Part shown: positions 38,146 through 52,635 of the stretch, piece after piece
Position numbering within the stretch: position 1 is the first letter of the stretch
How the letters are laid out: every line of letters starts with the position of its first letter
Assembly: GCA_964016885.1 (NCBI GenBank)
Contig: OZ024747.1
Coordinates: forward strand, 71,672,001 to 71,736,000
Length of the DNA: 64,000 nt
From: Eledone cirrhosa
Lineage: Eukaryota
Direction of reading: 5' to 3'
The notes under the pieces: generated by a model
Database searches by the model: none
What the model was told of the DNA's origin: nothing
Seen by the model: the letters and a program-made list of their open reading frames with translations, nothing else
Program-made: the position numbers and the translations under genes

Positions 38146-38292
38146 ATGGCAGAGGAGAAGATAAAGGCACAGAAGAAATCAAAGGCACAGAAGAAGTCAA
38201 AGGCACAGAAGAAGTCAAAGGCACAGAAGAAGTCAAAGGCACAGAAGAAGTCAAAGGCACAGAAGAAGTCAAAGAAAATGAACAAGAACAAT
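38146..38292 (+). CDS. Candidate acidic exon with an 18-bp tandem repeat (KGTEEV)x6
   Basis: TTTAG acceptor followed by (AAAGGCACAGAAGAAGTC)n. The upstream flank is homologous to that of 37746. Confidence 0.3.
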
Positions 38293-38574
38293 TATTATTA
38301 CTATTATTATTGTTATTATTATTTGTATTATTATAATCAAACTAAGCCACACTACATCAACCTATACCATACCATGCCACACCACACTGACAAACATTAT
38401 ACCATACCACATTATCCAACACCACATTACGAAACACTGTACGACCTCACATCAGACCATGCTATGAAACAATATACCATACTACACTATACAACAATAG
38501 ACAACACCACACAAGACTATGAAACACTATACTTTACCACACTATATCACACCACTCAAGTTAGAGAGGATCAA

Positions 38575-41500
38575 CTTTTTTCCTGGAAAGTAGAAAACCG
38601 AACTTTAAGCTAAAACCGAACTTTAAAAATAACTTACCCTAACACTTGCACTCACACATGCTCTAACACTTGCACTCACACATGCTCTAACACTTGCACT
38701 CACACATGCTCTAACAGTGAACTTAGCGCTAACATGAAAACTAACACAAACAAACATTAAATAGAAAACTAACACAAACACTAACCTGAACACAAACACT
38801 AACCTGAACACTAACACTAACCTGAACACTAACACTAACCTGAACACTAACACTAACCTGAACACTAACACTAACCTGAACACTAACACTAACCTGAACA
38901 CTAACACTAACCTGAACACTAACACTAACCTGAACACTAACACTAACCTGAACACTAACACTAACCTGAACACTAACACTAACCTGAACACCAACACTAA
39001 AACTAACACTACCGTAAACACTAATACAAACACTAACATTAGCACAAACATTAGCCTGAACACTAGCACTAACACTACCATAAACACTAACACTGACCTG
39101 AGCACTAACACTAAAAGTAACACTAACACAAACACTAATCTGAAAACTGATACTAATCAGAAAACTAAGCTAACATTAACTTCAACACTAAAACAAACAC
39201 TAACATTAACAAAGATACTAACACAAATATTAACACAAACACTAACACAATCTCTAACACTAACCTCAACAGTAACACTAAAACTAACATTAACTTGAAC
39301 ACTAACTCTAACCTGAAAACTAAGCTAACATTAACCTGAACACTAACATAAACACTAATGCTAACACTAACAGAAATACTAATGCTAACATTAACGCTAA
39401 CCTTAACACAAAAACAAAGACTAACGCTAACACAATCACTAACACTAATGGAAACATCAAACACTAATGCTAACAGAGATACTAACACAAATATTAACAC
39501 AAAAACAAATACTAACACTAACACAATCTCTAACACTAACCTTAACACTAAAACTAACCTGAACACTAACACTAAAACTGATACTAATCAGAAAACTAAG
39601 CTAACATTAACCTCAACACTAAAACAAACACTAACATTAACAGAAAAACAAAGACTAGCACTAACACTAATGGAAACACTAACACAAACATTAACACAAA
39701 ATAAAATACTAACACTAATGGAAAAAATAACACTAACACTAAAACTAACACTACCGTAAACACTAACCTGAACACTAACACTAAAACTGACATTAATACG
39801 AACATTAACCTGAACACTAACACTACCATAAACCACTAACCTGAGCACTAACACTAAAAGTAACACGAGCCCTAATCTGAAAACTAACACTAACCAGAAA
39901 ACTAAGTCAACATTAACCTGAACACTAACACAAACACTAACCTGAACACTAACACTAACAAAAATGCTAACACTAATACAAAATCAAACACGAACACTAA
40001 TGGAAACACTAACACAATCGCTTACGCTGACACAAACATTAACGTGAATACTGATGCAGGTGCAAAGGCAAATGCTGACAAAGACTCTGACGCACACACT
40101 GCTGTAAATGCTACACAGACTCTAACGCTGACGTGGACACTGACACAAATGCTCACGCTCATGCAAACACTAAAGCAAATACAGACACTAATGCAAACAC
40201 AGACGCAAATGTTGATGCAGATGTTAAAGCAAACGCAAATGCTGACGCAAACGATGACAGCGATGCTAATGTGAACCTTAACGCAGACGTAAACATTGAT
40301 GTAGAAGCTAAAGGAAACACTAATGAAAATGCTGAGGCAGACGCTAACACACGTTAACACAGATGCTAACGTAAACACTGACGCAGATGTTAATATAAAC
40401 ACTGACGCAGACGCTAACATAAACGCTGACACAGATGCTAACACACGTTGACGCAGACACTAATGTAAATGATGACACAGACACTAATGTAAACGATGAC
40501 GTAGAAGCTAACGTAAACGCTGACACAGACGCAAATGTAAACGCTGACGCTGATGTAGATGTAAATACAGACGCTGACGTAGAAGCTAACACAAACGCTG
40601 ACACAGACACTAATGTAAGCGCTGATGTAGAAGCTAATGTAGATGCAGACGTAGAAGCTAATGTAAACGATGACGGAGATGTTAACGTAGAAGCTGACGA
40701 GATGCTGATGTAGAAGCTAACGTAAACGCTGACGTAGAAGCTAACAAAACGCTGACGTAGTTGTTACGTAGAAGCAGGCGTAGAAGTTAGCGTTTACCCT
40801 TACCGCCGAAGCTGATCTCCAAAACACAATTGCTGATGCGGATTGCTGAAGCCAAAGCCAAGCTAACGCTGACGCAAATGTTGAGGCAGTATTGCCAGGC
40901 GCTGACGTGTATGCTGACGCTAATGCAAATGCTGATGCGGACGCTAGGGTTAAGGCTAACGCTAACGCTGACGCAAATGCTGAAGTTAACGCTTACATGG
41001 GATATGCAGACGCTGCATTGATGCGGACGCCACAGGAAAGGTTAATGGAAACGCTAATGCTAACGGAAAACGCTGACGCAGACGTTACGGAAACGCTGAC
41101 GTAGAAGCTAACGTAAATGCTGACACAGACGCTAACGTAAACGCTGACACAGACGCTAAGGTATACACTGACGTTAACTGAAACGCTGACGCTGATGTAG
41201 ATGTAAATACTGACACAGACACGGTCGGAAACGCTGACGTAGAAGCTAACGGAAATGCTGACAAAGACGTTAAAGGAAACGCTGTCGCAAACGCTAATGC
41301 TAATGTGAATGCTGATGCAGATGCTGACGCAAATGCTAACCCCTACACAAATGCAAACGCTGATGCTAACACTGACTCAAACACTAATGCAAATGCTGAC
41401 GTGCACGCTGATGCAAACGCTGACACTGAGGGAAATGTTGACACTGACACAAGTGCTGACGCGGACGCTAATGATAATGCTGACTCAGAAGCTGACGTAG

Positions 41501-41905
41501 ACGCAGGCACTGAAACAAACACTAATGCTAACACTAATGTTGACTCAGACGCTAAGGGAAATGCTGACACAATCACTATCACCAATGCAGACGCTGACGC
41601 AAATGTTGACATAGATGCTGACACTTACGCAAACACTAAGGCTAATCCAAACACTAACGCAGATGCTAACACCAGTCTACATAGACACTAACACAAAAGC
41701 TTACATAGATGCTTATGCAAATGCTAACGCTGATGCAGACAGTAACGCAAACAGTAACTGTAAGAGTAACAGTTACAGTAACACTAACAGTGACAGTAAT
41801 GCTAACAGTAACACAGTCACTAACAATAAACTTACCATTAACAGTAAAACTTACCCTAACACTAACCCTAAATCTAAAATTAATCCAGAGAAAAAAGTCA
41901 TTTGC
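38575..41905. repeat. 3.3-kb degenerate hexamer array (ACTAAC to GCTGAC gradient) with 18- and 24-bp sub-arrays
   Basis: (CTAACACTTGCACTCACACATGCT)3 and (AACACTAACCTGAACACT)n, then GCTGAC/GCTAAC-rich sequence, then AGTAAC and CCCTAA. Bounded by TTTTTTCCTGG and CCAGAGAAAAAA. Confidence 0.88.
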
Positions 41906-42419
41906 AATCACATTTAAGGTCACTCTTTAAGATATAGAAGATAGGCATTACATTTTAATGATTTTAATTTAAAGAGAATCACGCTATACGATGCAACACA
42001 ATAACACACCACACCACACTAACCTACACTACACCAAACCAGATTATACCATACCTTGGTAAATTTATTATAGATTTCCATGTTATAACTACACCAAACC
42101 ATACCAAACTACATCAAACCAAACCACACCATAACAAACTACACCATACTACATCACACCATGCTATTGAACTCGGTGTGAAAAATGTTCTTCCTGCTTT
42201 TTTTTGTCTTTTTTTTGTGTGTGTGTGCTTACCACCCAATCTGACATTAAAAGTGTTCGCAATTAACTATTTTTTGCACATATTATCAATGAAGACTTTG
42301 AAACCTGTTGAAAATGACTAGCTTTGTAGAAAAGAGGGCGGAAAGTGGGTGGAAATACCATTCACAAAGCTTGTCATTTTTGATTGCAGTGAAAGTCATA
42401 TTTGTTGTTAATATGGTAA

Positions 42420-42751
42420 TGGAGGCACATGGCTTAGTGGTTAGAGCAGCAGCCTTGCAATCGAAAGGTTGTGAGTTCAATTCTCAGACCGGGTGGTGTT
42501 GTTTCCTTGAGCAAGACACTTTATTTCACATTGCTCCAGTTTACTCAGCTGTAGAAATGAGATGATAGGGACTGGGGTCCCTATCATTCAACTGCAAAGT
42601 GGTCGTGTAGGTGCCACGGCAAAAACCACCTAGCACTAACTGTAAATGAGGTTGGTGTTAGGAAGAGCATCCAGCTGTAGAAATCAAGCCAGGATCAGTT
42701 CCCGCCCCACCCTTGCAAGCAGGGATAAGTGGACGTAAAATGATGATGATG
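42420..42751 (+). mobile_element. Complete tRNA-head / CORE-like / RTE-tail SINE with 7-bp TSD ATGGTAA
   Basis: A-box TGGCTTAGTGG, B-box GAGTTCAATTC, CORE-like CCTTGAGCAAGACACTT..CAGTTTACTCAGCTGTAGAAATG, a tail matching the RTE 3' UTR, and (ATG)n. The empty target site is visible in the adjacent satellite unit. Confidence 0.9.
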
Positions 42752-43199
42752 ATGGTAAAAGCATAGTCGGATGTGAGCATGTTGGAGGTTGGAAAACCAT
42801 ACCACATTAAACTACATCAAACTACACCATATTACATCACACCATGCTATTAATCTCAGTGAGAACATTTTTCTTCCTGTTTTTTTTCTTTTTTTTCTGT
42901 GTGTGTGCTTACCACCCAATCTGATATCAAAGGTGCTCACAAATGACTATTTTTTTACACATTATCAATGTATATAACATGGAAACCTAACATTTGCAAT
43001 AGGTTCCCATGTCATAACTACAACAATCCAAACCACACCACAACAAACTACACCATTCTACATCACACCATGCTTTTGATCTCAGTGTGAAAAATTTTCT
43101 TCCTGTTTCTTTTTTTTTTTTTGTGTGTGTTCTTACCACCCAATCTGACATCAAAGGTGCTGCAATTGACTATTTTTCGCACATATCAATAATTATGAC

Positions 43200-46100
43200 A
43201 TGGAAAACTGTCGAAAATGACGAGCTTTGTAGAAAAAAGAGGGAGGATGTGGGTGGAAATACCATTTACAAAGCTAGTCATTTTTTATTGCAGCGGAAGT
43301 CATATTTTTTGTTAATATGCTAAAAGCATAGTCCACTGCGAGCATCTTGGAAGTTGTATTAGTTGATAGCACATGCAAAAGTGAAGGAAAACATTTTTTT
43401 CTTACATAAATCAAAGTGGAAATTTAATTCCTTACTTATAACAAAGCACACCACACCACATTAATCTACCCCAAACCACACCATATCAAACAGCACCATA
43501 TTATGGTAAATTTATTACAGAACACATACTCTTATCATTTACATCACACCATGGTATGGACATCAATGTGACAAATTTGCTACCTGCTTTTTTTTATTTT
43601 TTGTGTTTACCACCCAAACTAACATCAAAGGTGCTTGCAAATGACTATTTTCCCACACATTATCAATGAATATGACATGGGAATCTATCGTTTACAATTG
43701 GTTTCCATTTCATAACTTCACCAAACCAAACCAAACCACACCACACCATACCAAGTTACACCATACTACATCACACCAAGCTATTGATCTTGGTGTGACA
43801 AATTTTCATCAGGCAATTTTTTTTTTTTTTTTTCTGTGCTTACCACCCAATTTGACATAAATGGTGCTCGCAAATTACTATTTTATGCACATATTATCAA
43901 TGGTTATGACATGGAAACCTGATGAAAATGACTAGCTTTGTAGAAAAAAGAGGGAGGATGTGGGTGGAAATACCATTTACAAAGCTAGTCATTTTTTATT
44001 GCAGCGGAAGTCATATTTTTTGTTAATATGCTAAAAGCATAGTGTACTGCGAGCATCTTGGAAGTTGTATTAGTTGATAGCACATGCAAAAGTGAAGGAA
44101 AACATTTTTTTCTTACATAAATCAAAGTGGAAATTTAATTCCTTACTTATAACAAAGCACACCACACCACATTAATCTACCCCAAACCACACCATATCAA
44201 ACAGCACCATATTATGGTAAATTTATTACAGAACACATACTCTTATCATTTACATCACACCATGGTATGGACATCAATGTGACAAATTTGCTACCTGCTT
44301 TTTTTTATTTTTTGTGTTTACCACCCAAACTAACATCAAAGGTGCTTGCAAATGACTATTTTCCCACACATTATCAATGAATATGACATGGGAATCTATC
44401 GTTTACAATTGGTTTCCATTTCATAACTTCACCGAACCAAACCAAACCACACCACACCATACCAAGTTACACCATACTACATCACACCAAGCTATTGATC
44501 TTGGTGTGACAAATTTTCATCAGGCAATTTTTTTTTTTTTTTTTCTGTGCTTACCACCCAATTTGACATAAATGGTGCTCGCAAATTACTATTTTATGCA
44601 CATATTATCAATGGTTATGACATGGAAACCTGATGAAAATGACTAGCTTTGTAGAAAAAAGAGGGAGGATGTGGGTGGAAATACCATTTACAAAGCTAGT
44701 CATTTTTTATTGCAGCGGAAGTCATATTTTTTGTTAATATGCTAAAAGCATAGTGTACTGCAAGCATCTTGGAAGTTGTATTAGTTGATAGCACATGCAA
44801 AAGTGAAGGAAAACATTTTTTTCTTACATAAATCAAAGTGGAAATTTAATTCCTTACTTATAACAAAGCACACCACACCACATTAATCTACCCCAAACCA
44901 CACCATATCAAACAGCACCATATTATGGTAAATTTATTACAGAACACATACTCTTATCATTTACATCACACCATGGTATGGACATCAATGTGACAAATTT
45001 GCTACCTGCTTTTTTTTATTTTTTGTGTTTACCACCCAAACTAACATCAAAGGTGCTTGCAAATGACTATTTTCCCACACATTATCAATGAATATGACAT
45101 GGGAATCTATCGTTTACAATTGGTTTCCATTTCATAACTTCACCGAACCAAACCAAACCACACCACACCATACCAAGTTACACCATACTACATCACACCA
45201 AGCTATTGATCTTGGTGTGACAAATTTTCATCAGGCAATTTTTTTTTTTTTTTTCTGTGCTTACCACCCAATTTGACATAAATGGTGCTCGCAAATTACT
45301 ATTTTATGCACATATTATCAATGGTTATGACATGGAAACCTGATGAAAATGACTAGCTTTGTAGAAAAAAGAGGGAGGATGTGGGTGGAAATACCATTTA
45401 CAAAGCTAGTCATTTTTTATTGCAGCGGAAGTCATATTTTTTGTTAATATGCTAAAAGCATAGTGTACTGCGAGCATCTTGGAAGTTGTATTAGTTGATA
45501 GCACATGCAAAAGTGAAGGAAAACATTTTTTTCTTACATAAATCAAAGTGGAAATTTAATTCCTTACTTATAACAAAGCACACCACACCACATTAATCTA
45601 CCCCAAACCACACCATATCAAACAGCACCATATTATGGTAAATTTATTACAGAACACATACTCTTATCATTTACATCACACCATGGTATGGACATCAATG
45701 TGACAAATTTGCTACCTGCTTTTTTTTATTTTTTGTGTTTACCACCCAAACTAACATCAAAGGTGCTTGCAAATGACTATTTTCCCACACATTATCAATG
45801 AATATGACATGGGAATCTATCGTTTACAATTGGTTTCCATTTCATAACTTCACCGAACCAAACCAAACCAAACCACACCACACCATACCAAGTTACACCA
45901 TACTACATCACACCAAGCTATTGATCTTGGTGTGACAAATTTTCATCAGGCAATTTTTTTTTTTTTTTTCTGTGCTTACCACCCAATTTGACATAAATGG
46001 TGCTCGCAAATTACTATTTTATGCACATATTATCAATGGTTATGACATGGAAACCTGATGAAAATGACTAGCTTTGTAGAAAAAAGAGGGAGGATGTGGG

Positions 46101-47350
46101 TGGAAATACCATTTACAAAGCTAGTCATTTTTTATTGCAGCGGAAGTCATATTTTTTGTTAATATGCTAAAAGCATAGTGTACTGCGAGCATCTTGGAAG
46201 TTGTATTAGTTGATAGCACATGCAAAAGTGAAGGAAAACATTTTTTTCTTACATAAATCAAAGTGGAAATTTAATTCCTTACTTATAACAAAGCACACCA
46301 CACCACATTAATCTACCCCAAACCACACCATATCAAACAGCACCATATTATGGTAAATTTATTACAGAACACATACTCTTATCATTTACATCACACCATG
46401 GTATGGACATCAATGTGACAAATTTGCTACCTGCTTTTTTTTATTTTTTGTGTTTACCACCCAAACTAACATCAAAGGTGCTTGCAAATGACTATTTTCC
46501 CACACATTATCAATGAATATGACATGGGAATCTATCGTTTACAATTGGTTTCCATTTCATAACTTCACCGAACCAAACCAAACCACACCACACCATACCA
46601 AGTTACACCATACTACATCACACCAAGCTATTGATCTTGGTGTGACAAATTTTCATCAGGCAATTTTTTTTTTTTTTTTTCTGTGCTTACCACCCAATTT
46701 GACATAAATGGTGCTCGCAAATTACTATTTTATGCACATATTATCAATGGTTATGACATGGAAACCTGATGAAAATGACTAGCTTTGTAGAAAAAAGAGG
46801 GAGGATGTGGGTGGAAATACCATTTACAAAGCTAGTCATTTTTTATTGCAGCGGAAGTCATATTTTTTGTTAATATGCTAAAAGCATAGTGTACTGCGAG
46901 CATCTTGGAAGTTGTATTAGTTGATAGCACATGCAAAAGTGAAGGAAAACATTTTTTTCTTACATAAATCAAAGTGGAAATTTAATTCCTTACTTATAAC
47001 AAAGCACACCACACCACATTAATCTACCCCAAACCACACCATATCAAACAGCACCATATTATGGTAAATTTATTACAGAACACATACTCCTATCATTTAC
47101 ATCACACCATGGTATGGACATCAATGTGACAAATTTGCTACCTGCTTTTTTTTATTTTTTGTGTTTACCACCCAAACTAACATCAAAGGTGCTTGCAAAT
47201 GACTATTTTCCCACACATTATCAATGAATATGACATGGGAATCTATCGTTTACAATTGGTTTCCATTTCATAACTTCACCGAACCAAACCAAACCACACC
47301 ACACCATACCAAGTTACACCATACTACATCACACCAAGCTATTGATCTTA
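43200..47350. repeat. 711-bp tandem satellite, about 5.8 near-identical units; degenerate relatives at 41990-43200 and 47350-48215
   Basis: The same landmark recurs at 43666, 44377, 45088, about 45798, 46513 and 47224. Confidence 0.97.
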
Positions 47351-48334
47351 GTGTGAAACATTTTCTTCCTGTTTCCTTTTTTTTTTTGTGTGTGTGTGCT
47401 TACCACCCAATCTGACATTAAAGGTGCTCCCAATTGACTATTTTTTTTCCACTTATCAATAATTATGACATGGAAACCTGTCGAAAATGACTATCTTTGT
47501 AGAAACTTCACCAAACCACACCATACTACATCACACCAAGCTATTGATTTTGGTGTGACAAATTTTCATCAGGCAATTTTTTTTATTTATTTATTTTTTT
47601 TTTTTTCTGTGCTTACCACCCAATTTGACATAAATGGTGCTAGCAAATTACTATTTTATGCACATATTATCAATGGTTATGACATGGAAACCTGATGAAA
47701 ATGACTAGCTTTGTAGAAAAAAGAGGGAGGATGTGGGTGGAAATACCATTTACAAAGCTAGTCATTTTTTATTGCAGTGGAAGTCATATTTTTTGTTAAT
47801 ATGCTAAAAGCATAATCCACTGTGAGCATCTTGGAAGTTGATAGCACATGCAAAAATGAAGAAAAAATTTTTTTCTAACATAAATCAAAGTGGAAATTTA
47901 AATCCTCACCACAGCACATTAATCTACCCCAATCCACACTATAACCATACTTCACCATATGGTAAATTTATTACCATTTACATCACACCAATGCTCGCAG
48001 TTGACTATTTTTTTCACATATTATGAATGAATATAACTTTGAAACCTATCGTCAATGATTAGCTTTGTAGAAAAATGAAGGCAGAAAGTGGGTGGAAAAA
48101 CCATTCACAAAGCTAGTCATTTTTAATTGCAGTGGAAATCATATTTGTTGTTAATATGCTAAAGAAATAGTCAATTGCAAGCATTTTGGAGGTCGGATTA
48201 GTTGATAGGACATAAAACAAATATTGTCTATATGTTCCTGTGGAAAGTCGGGGCTTCTGTATCACTGTGTGACGCGAGAGGTCATGGTCATGTGTCATTG
48301 CCCTTGAGAGGTGCAATTGGGAAAGATCGGCTTA

Positions 48335-48545
48335 GAAATATTTACTTTTGCGTTCACAGATTGATTTTTTTTTTTTTTTTTTTTTTTTAGTTTCAGAAGA
48401 TCCCATTAAGGGTGAAAGCAGCCGATTCTTTGCTTAAACTTTAATCTGTTATTTTAATAAATATTTGCTCTACGGTTCTTATATAATTGATATATATTTA
48501 TCCCTATGGAGCCCTCTTTGGATTTTAGTCTTCATATGTATTATT
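48335..48545 (+). mobile_element. PLE pLTR with CAGAAGA-core hammerhead (copy of the 14.3-kb family)
   Basis: AGTTT-CAGAAGA-TCCCATTAAGGGT-GAAAGCA..TGCT-T-AAACT. Confidence 0.75.
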
Positions 48546-48654
48546 ATTACTATATAAGATATATATATGTGTATATATGTATGTATGTGTATATATGTAT
48601 GTATGTGTATATATGTATGTATGTGTATGTATGTGTATATATATATGTATATAT

Positions 48655-48890
48655 ACAGTTGAAAATTACAAACTTGACTGTCACCACATATTATGAACCT
48701 GAAGATTGCGAAAGCATGAAAGTACTTGTTCAATTAACACTTAGAATTTAATATTCTATCATACTATTTCATTATAATACCATTATAAATTTTAAGGGAT
48801 TGTAAATAAAACGAGTAAATCAGACAAAGTTGGAATTCCTCTTATTAATATAATCTTCTATACACAATCATACACACCCGTATATATTTA
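48655..48890 (+). mobile_element. Solo pLTR of the 34-kb Neptune-type family with hammerhead
   Basis: Closely matches 34737-34970, including TGAACCTGAAGATTGCGAAAGCATG..CTTGTTCA. Confidence 0.88.
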
Positions 48891-48892
48891 CC

Positions 48893-48924
<32 letters not shown>

Positions 48925-49050
48925 TGTATGTGTATATATGTATGTATATATATATGTATGTGTATATATGTATGTATATATATATGTATGTGTATATATG
49001 TATGTATATATATGTATGTGTATATATATGTATGTATATATATGTATGTG

Positions 49051-49087
<37 letters not shown>

Positions 49088-49428
49088 GTGTATGTATATA
49101 TATGTATATACTTATATATGTATATATATGTGTATATGTATATATATGTGTATATATATGTATATATTTGTATATATATGTATATATGTGTATATATATG
49201 TGTATATATGTGTATATATGTGTATATATATGTGTATATGTATATATATGTGTATATATATGTGTGTATATATATGTGTATATATATGTGTATATATATG
49301 TGTATATATATATGTGTATATATATATGTATATATGTGTATATATATATGTGTATATATATATGTATATATATATATGTATATATGTATATATATATATG
49401 TATATATATATATGTATATATATATATG

Positions 49429-49481
<53 letters not shown>

Positions 49482-49532
49482 GTATATATATATATGTATA
49501 TATATATATGTATATATGTATGTATATGTATG

Positions 49533-49566
<34 letters not shown>

Positions 49567-49744
49567 TGTATATATATGTATATATATGTATATATATGTA
49601 TATATATGTATATATATGTATATATATGTATATATATGTGTATATGTATATATATGTATGTATATATATATGTATATATATGTGTATATATATATGTATA
49701 TATATGTATGTATATATATGTATATATATGTGTATATATATATG

Positions 49745-49781
<37 letters not shown>

Positions 49782-49952
49782 GTATATATATGTATATATA
49801 TATATGTATATATATGTGTATATGTATATATATGTGTATATGTATATATATGTGTATATGTATATATATGTGTATATATGTATGTATATGTATGTATATA
49901 TGTGTGTATATATGTATATGTATATATGTATATGTGTATATGTATATATATA
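48893..49952. repeat. Compound (TATG)/(TA)n microsatellite field; further fields at 50690-52635, 53115-53335, 58082-58765, 59340-59660, 61165-61260 and 62511-63185
   Basis: Read directly. These fields are the source of the Y/I/M/C-rich spurious ORFs. Confidence 0.98.
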
Positions 49953-50688
49953 AGGGAGAGAATTGGGAGTGTATAACACTCCACTTATCAAATAGGCAGT
50001 ATATGGTTAGCTCAATGTCAGAGGACAGAGCCGTATACAATTAACAACAACAGAGTGCTTAGAACATAGGTATATCTTTAATTGCTAACAGTGTTTCGTC
50101 CACACTAGAAGTGGGACTCTTCAGAGCATAAAGAGTAAATACAAAGTATACAAGCATTGACAAAGCCAAAACAGAAGAATATATGTGGGGATACCATAAG
50201 TTGGGAGGAGTTTAAGGAGCAAAATAAGAGGAGTAAAATAAAATAAACATAAAAATAAGAATAAGATTAAGAATAAAAATAATAATACTATTAATAATAA
50301 AAATAAGAATGAAAAATAAAAAATAATAGATAAATAAATAAAAAATAAAAAATAAATAATAAATAATAAAAAAAATAAGAGATGTTATCACTCACAGTTG
50401 GGCAGGGTTACATTAACATACAGCTACATACAATTATATGCATAAGCATGAGCACCCACATGCACCTACACACAAGCACCCGTATGCAGCACATACAGTA
50501 TACACTAATACAAATAACATATCATATACGGATGGGCACAAGTTAAGAGGTAGAGATAGATAAAAATAGATAAGAAATAGATAAAAAATAAATAAAAATT
50601 AGATAAATAGATAAAAAATAGCTAAAGAAATAGATAAGAAATAGATAAAAATAGCTAAAAAATCGATGAAAGATAAATAGTAAAAACA
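49953..50688 (-). mobile_element. 3' end of a second Naiad-related PLE with hammerhead
   Basis: The terminal about 90 bp, the HHR (minus 50074-50135: TGCT-CTGAAGA-GTCC..GGAC-GAAAC-ACT-GT-T-AGCA) and the TCACAGTTGGGC block are homologous to 53343-53740. Confidence 0.85.
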
Positions 50689-50831
50689 TGTATATACATA
50701 TATATGTATATATATATATATGTATATATATGTATATATATGTATATATATGTATATATATGTATATGTGTATATATATATATACATATATATGTATATA
50801 TATATATATGTATATATATGTATATATATGT

Positions 50832-50862
<31 letters not shown>

Positions 50863-51021
50863 CATATATATATACATATATATATACATATATATACACA
50901 TGTATATACAATGTATATATATATGTATATATGTATGTATATATGTATGTATATATGTATGTATATATGTATGTATATATGTATGTATATATATATGTAT
51001 ATATGTATGTATATATGTATG

Positions 51022-51052
<31 letters not shown>

Positions 51053-51551
51053 GTGTATATATATATGTATATATATATGTATATATATATGTATATATAT
51101 ATGTATATATATATGTATATATATATGTATATATATATGTATATATATATGTATATATATATGTATATATATATGTATATATATATGTATATATATATGT
51201 ATATATATATGTATATATATATGCATATATATATGCATATATATATGCATATATATATATATGTGTATATATATGTATATATATATGCATATATATATAT
51301 ATGTGTATATATATGTGTATATATATGTGTATGTATGTGTATGTATGTGTATGTATATGTATGTATGTGTATATATGTATATGTATGTATATGTGTATAT
51401 GTATGTGTATGTATATGTATATATGTATATGTATATGTATATATGTGTATATATGTATATATATGTATATGTATATATATGTATATGTATGTATATGTAT
51501 GTATATGTATATATATGTGTATATATATATATGTGTATATATGTATATATG

Positions 51552-51614
<63 letters not shown>

Positions 51615-51655
51615 GTATATATGTATATATGTATATATATGTATATATATATATG

Positions 51656-51686
<31 letters not shown>

Positions 51687-51801
51687 GTATATATGTATAT
51701 ATGTATATATATGTATATATATATGTATATATATGTATATATGTATATATATGTATATATGTATATATATGTATGTATGTATGTATGTATATGTATGTAT
51801 A

Positions 51802-51877
<76 letters not shown>

Positions 51878-51899
51878 TGTATATGTATATGTATGTATA

Positions 51900-51946
<47 letters not shown>

Positions 51947-52635
51947 GTATATATGTATATGTATATGTATGTATATGTATATGTATGTATATATATATGT
52001 ATATGTATGTATATATATGTATATATATGTATATATATATATGTATATATGTATATATATGTATATATGTATATATATATATGTATATATGTATATATAT
52101 GTATATATGTATATATATGTATATATGTATATATATGTATATGTATATATGTATATATATATATGTATATATATGTATGTATATGTATGTATGTATGTAT
52201 GTATATATATATATGTATGTATGTATATATATATGTATGTATATATGTATGTATGTATATATGTATGTATGTATATATGTATGTATGTATATATATATGT
52301 ATGTATGTATATATGTATGTATGTATGTATGTATATATATATATATGTATGTATATATATATATATGTATGTATATATATGTATATGTATGTATATATAT
52401 ATATATGTATGTATATATATGTATATGTATGTATATGTATATGTATGTATATATATATGTATGTATATATATATATATGTATGTATATATATATGTATGT
52501 ATATATATATGTATGTATATATATATGTATGTATATATATATGTATGTATGTATATATATATGTATGTGTATGTATGTATGTATGTATATGTATGTATGT
52601 ATGTATGTATATATGTATATATATGTATATATAAT

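Noticed and set aside
38623-41930. VL-, TL- and DANT-rich ORFs as a structural or biomineral protein gene
   Set aside because: Frequent frameshifts and stops, all frames repetitive, no signal peptide or splice structure. Treated as a hexamer repeat.
42420-42495. tRNA gene
   Set aside because: The A/B boxes belong to a SINE head followed by CORE-like and RTE-derived sequence with a TSD.
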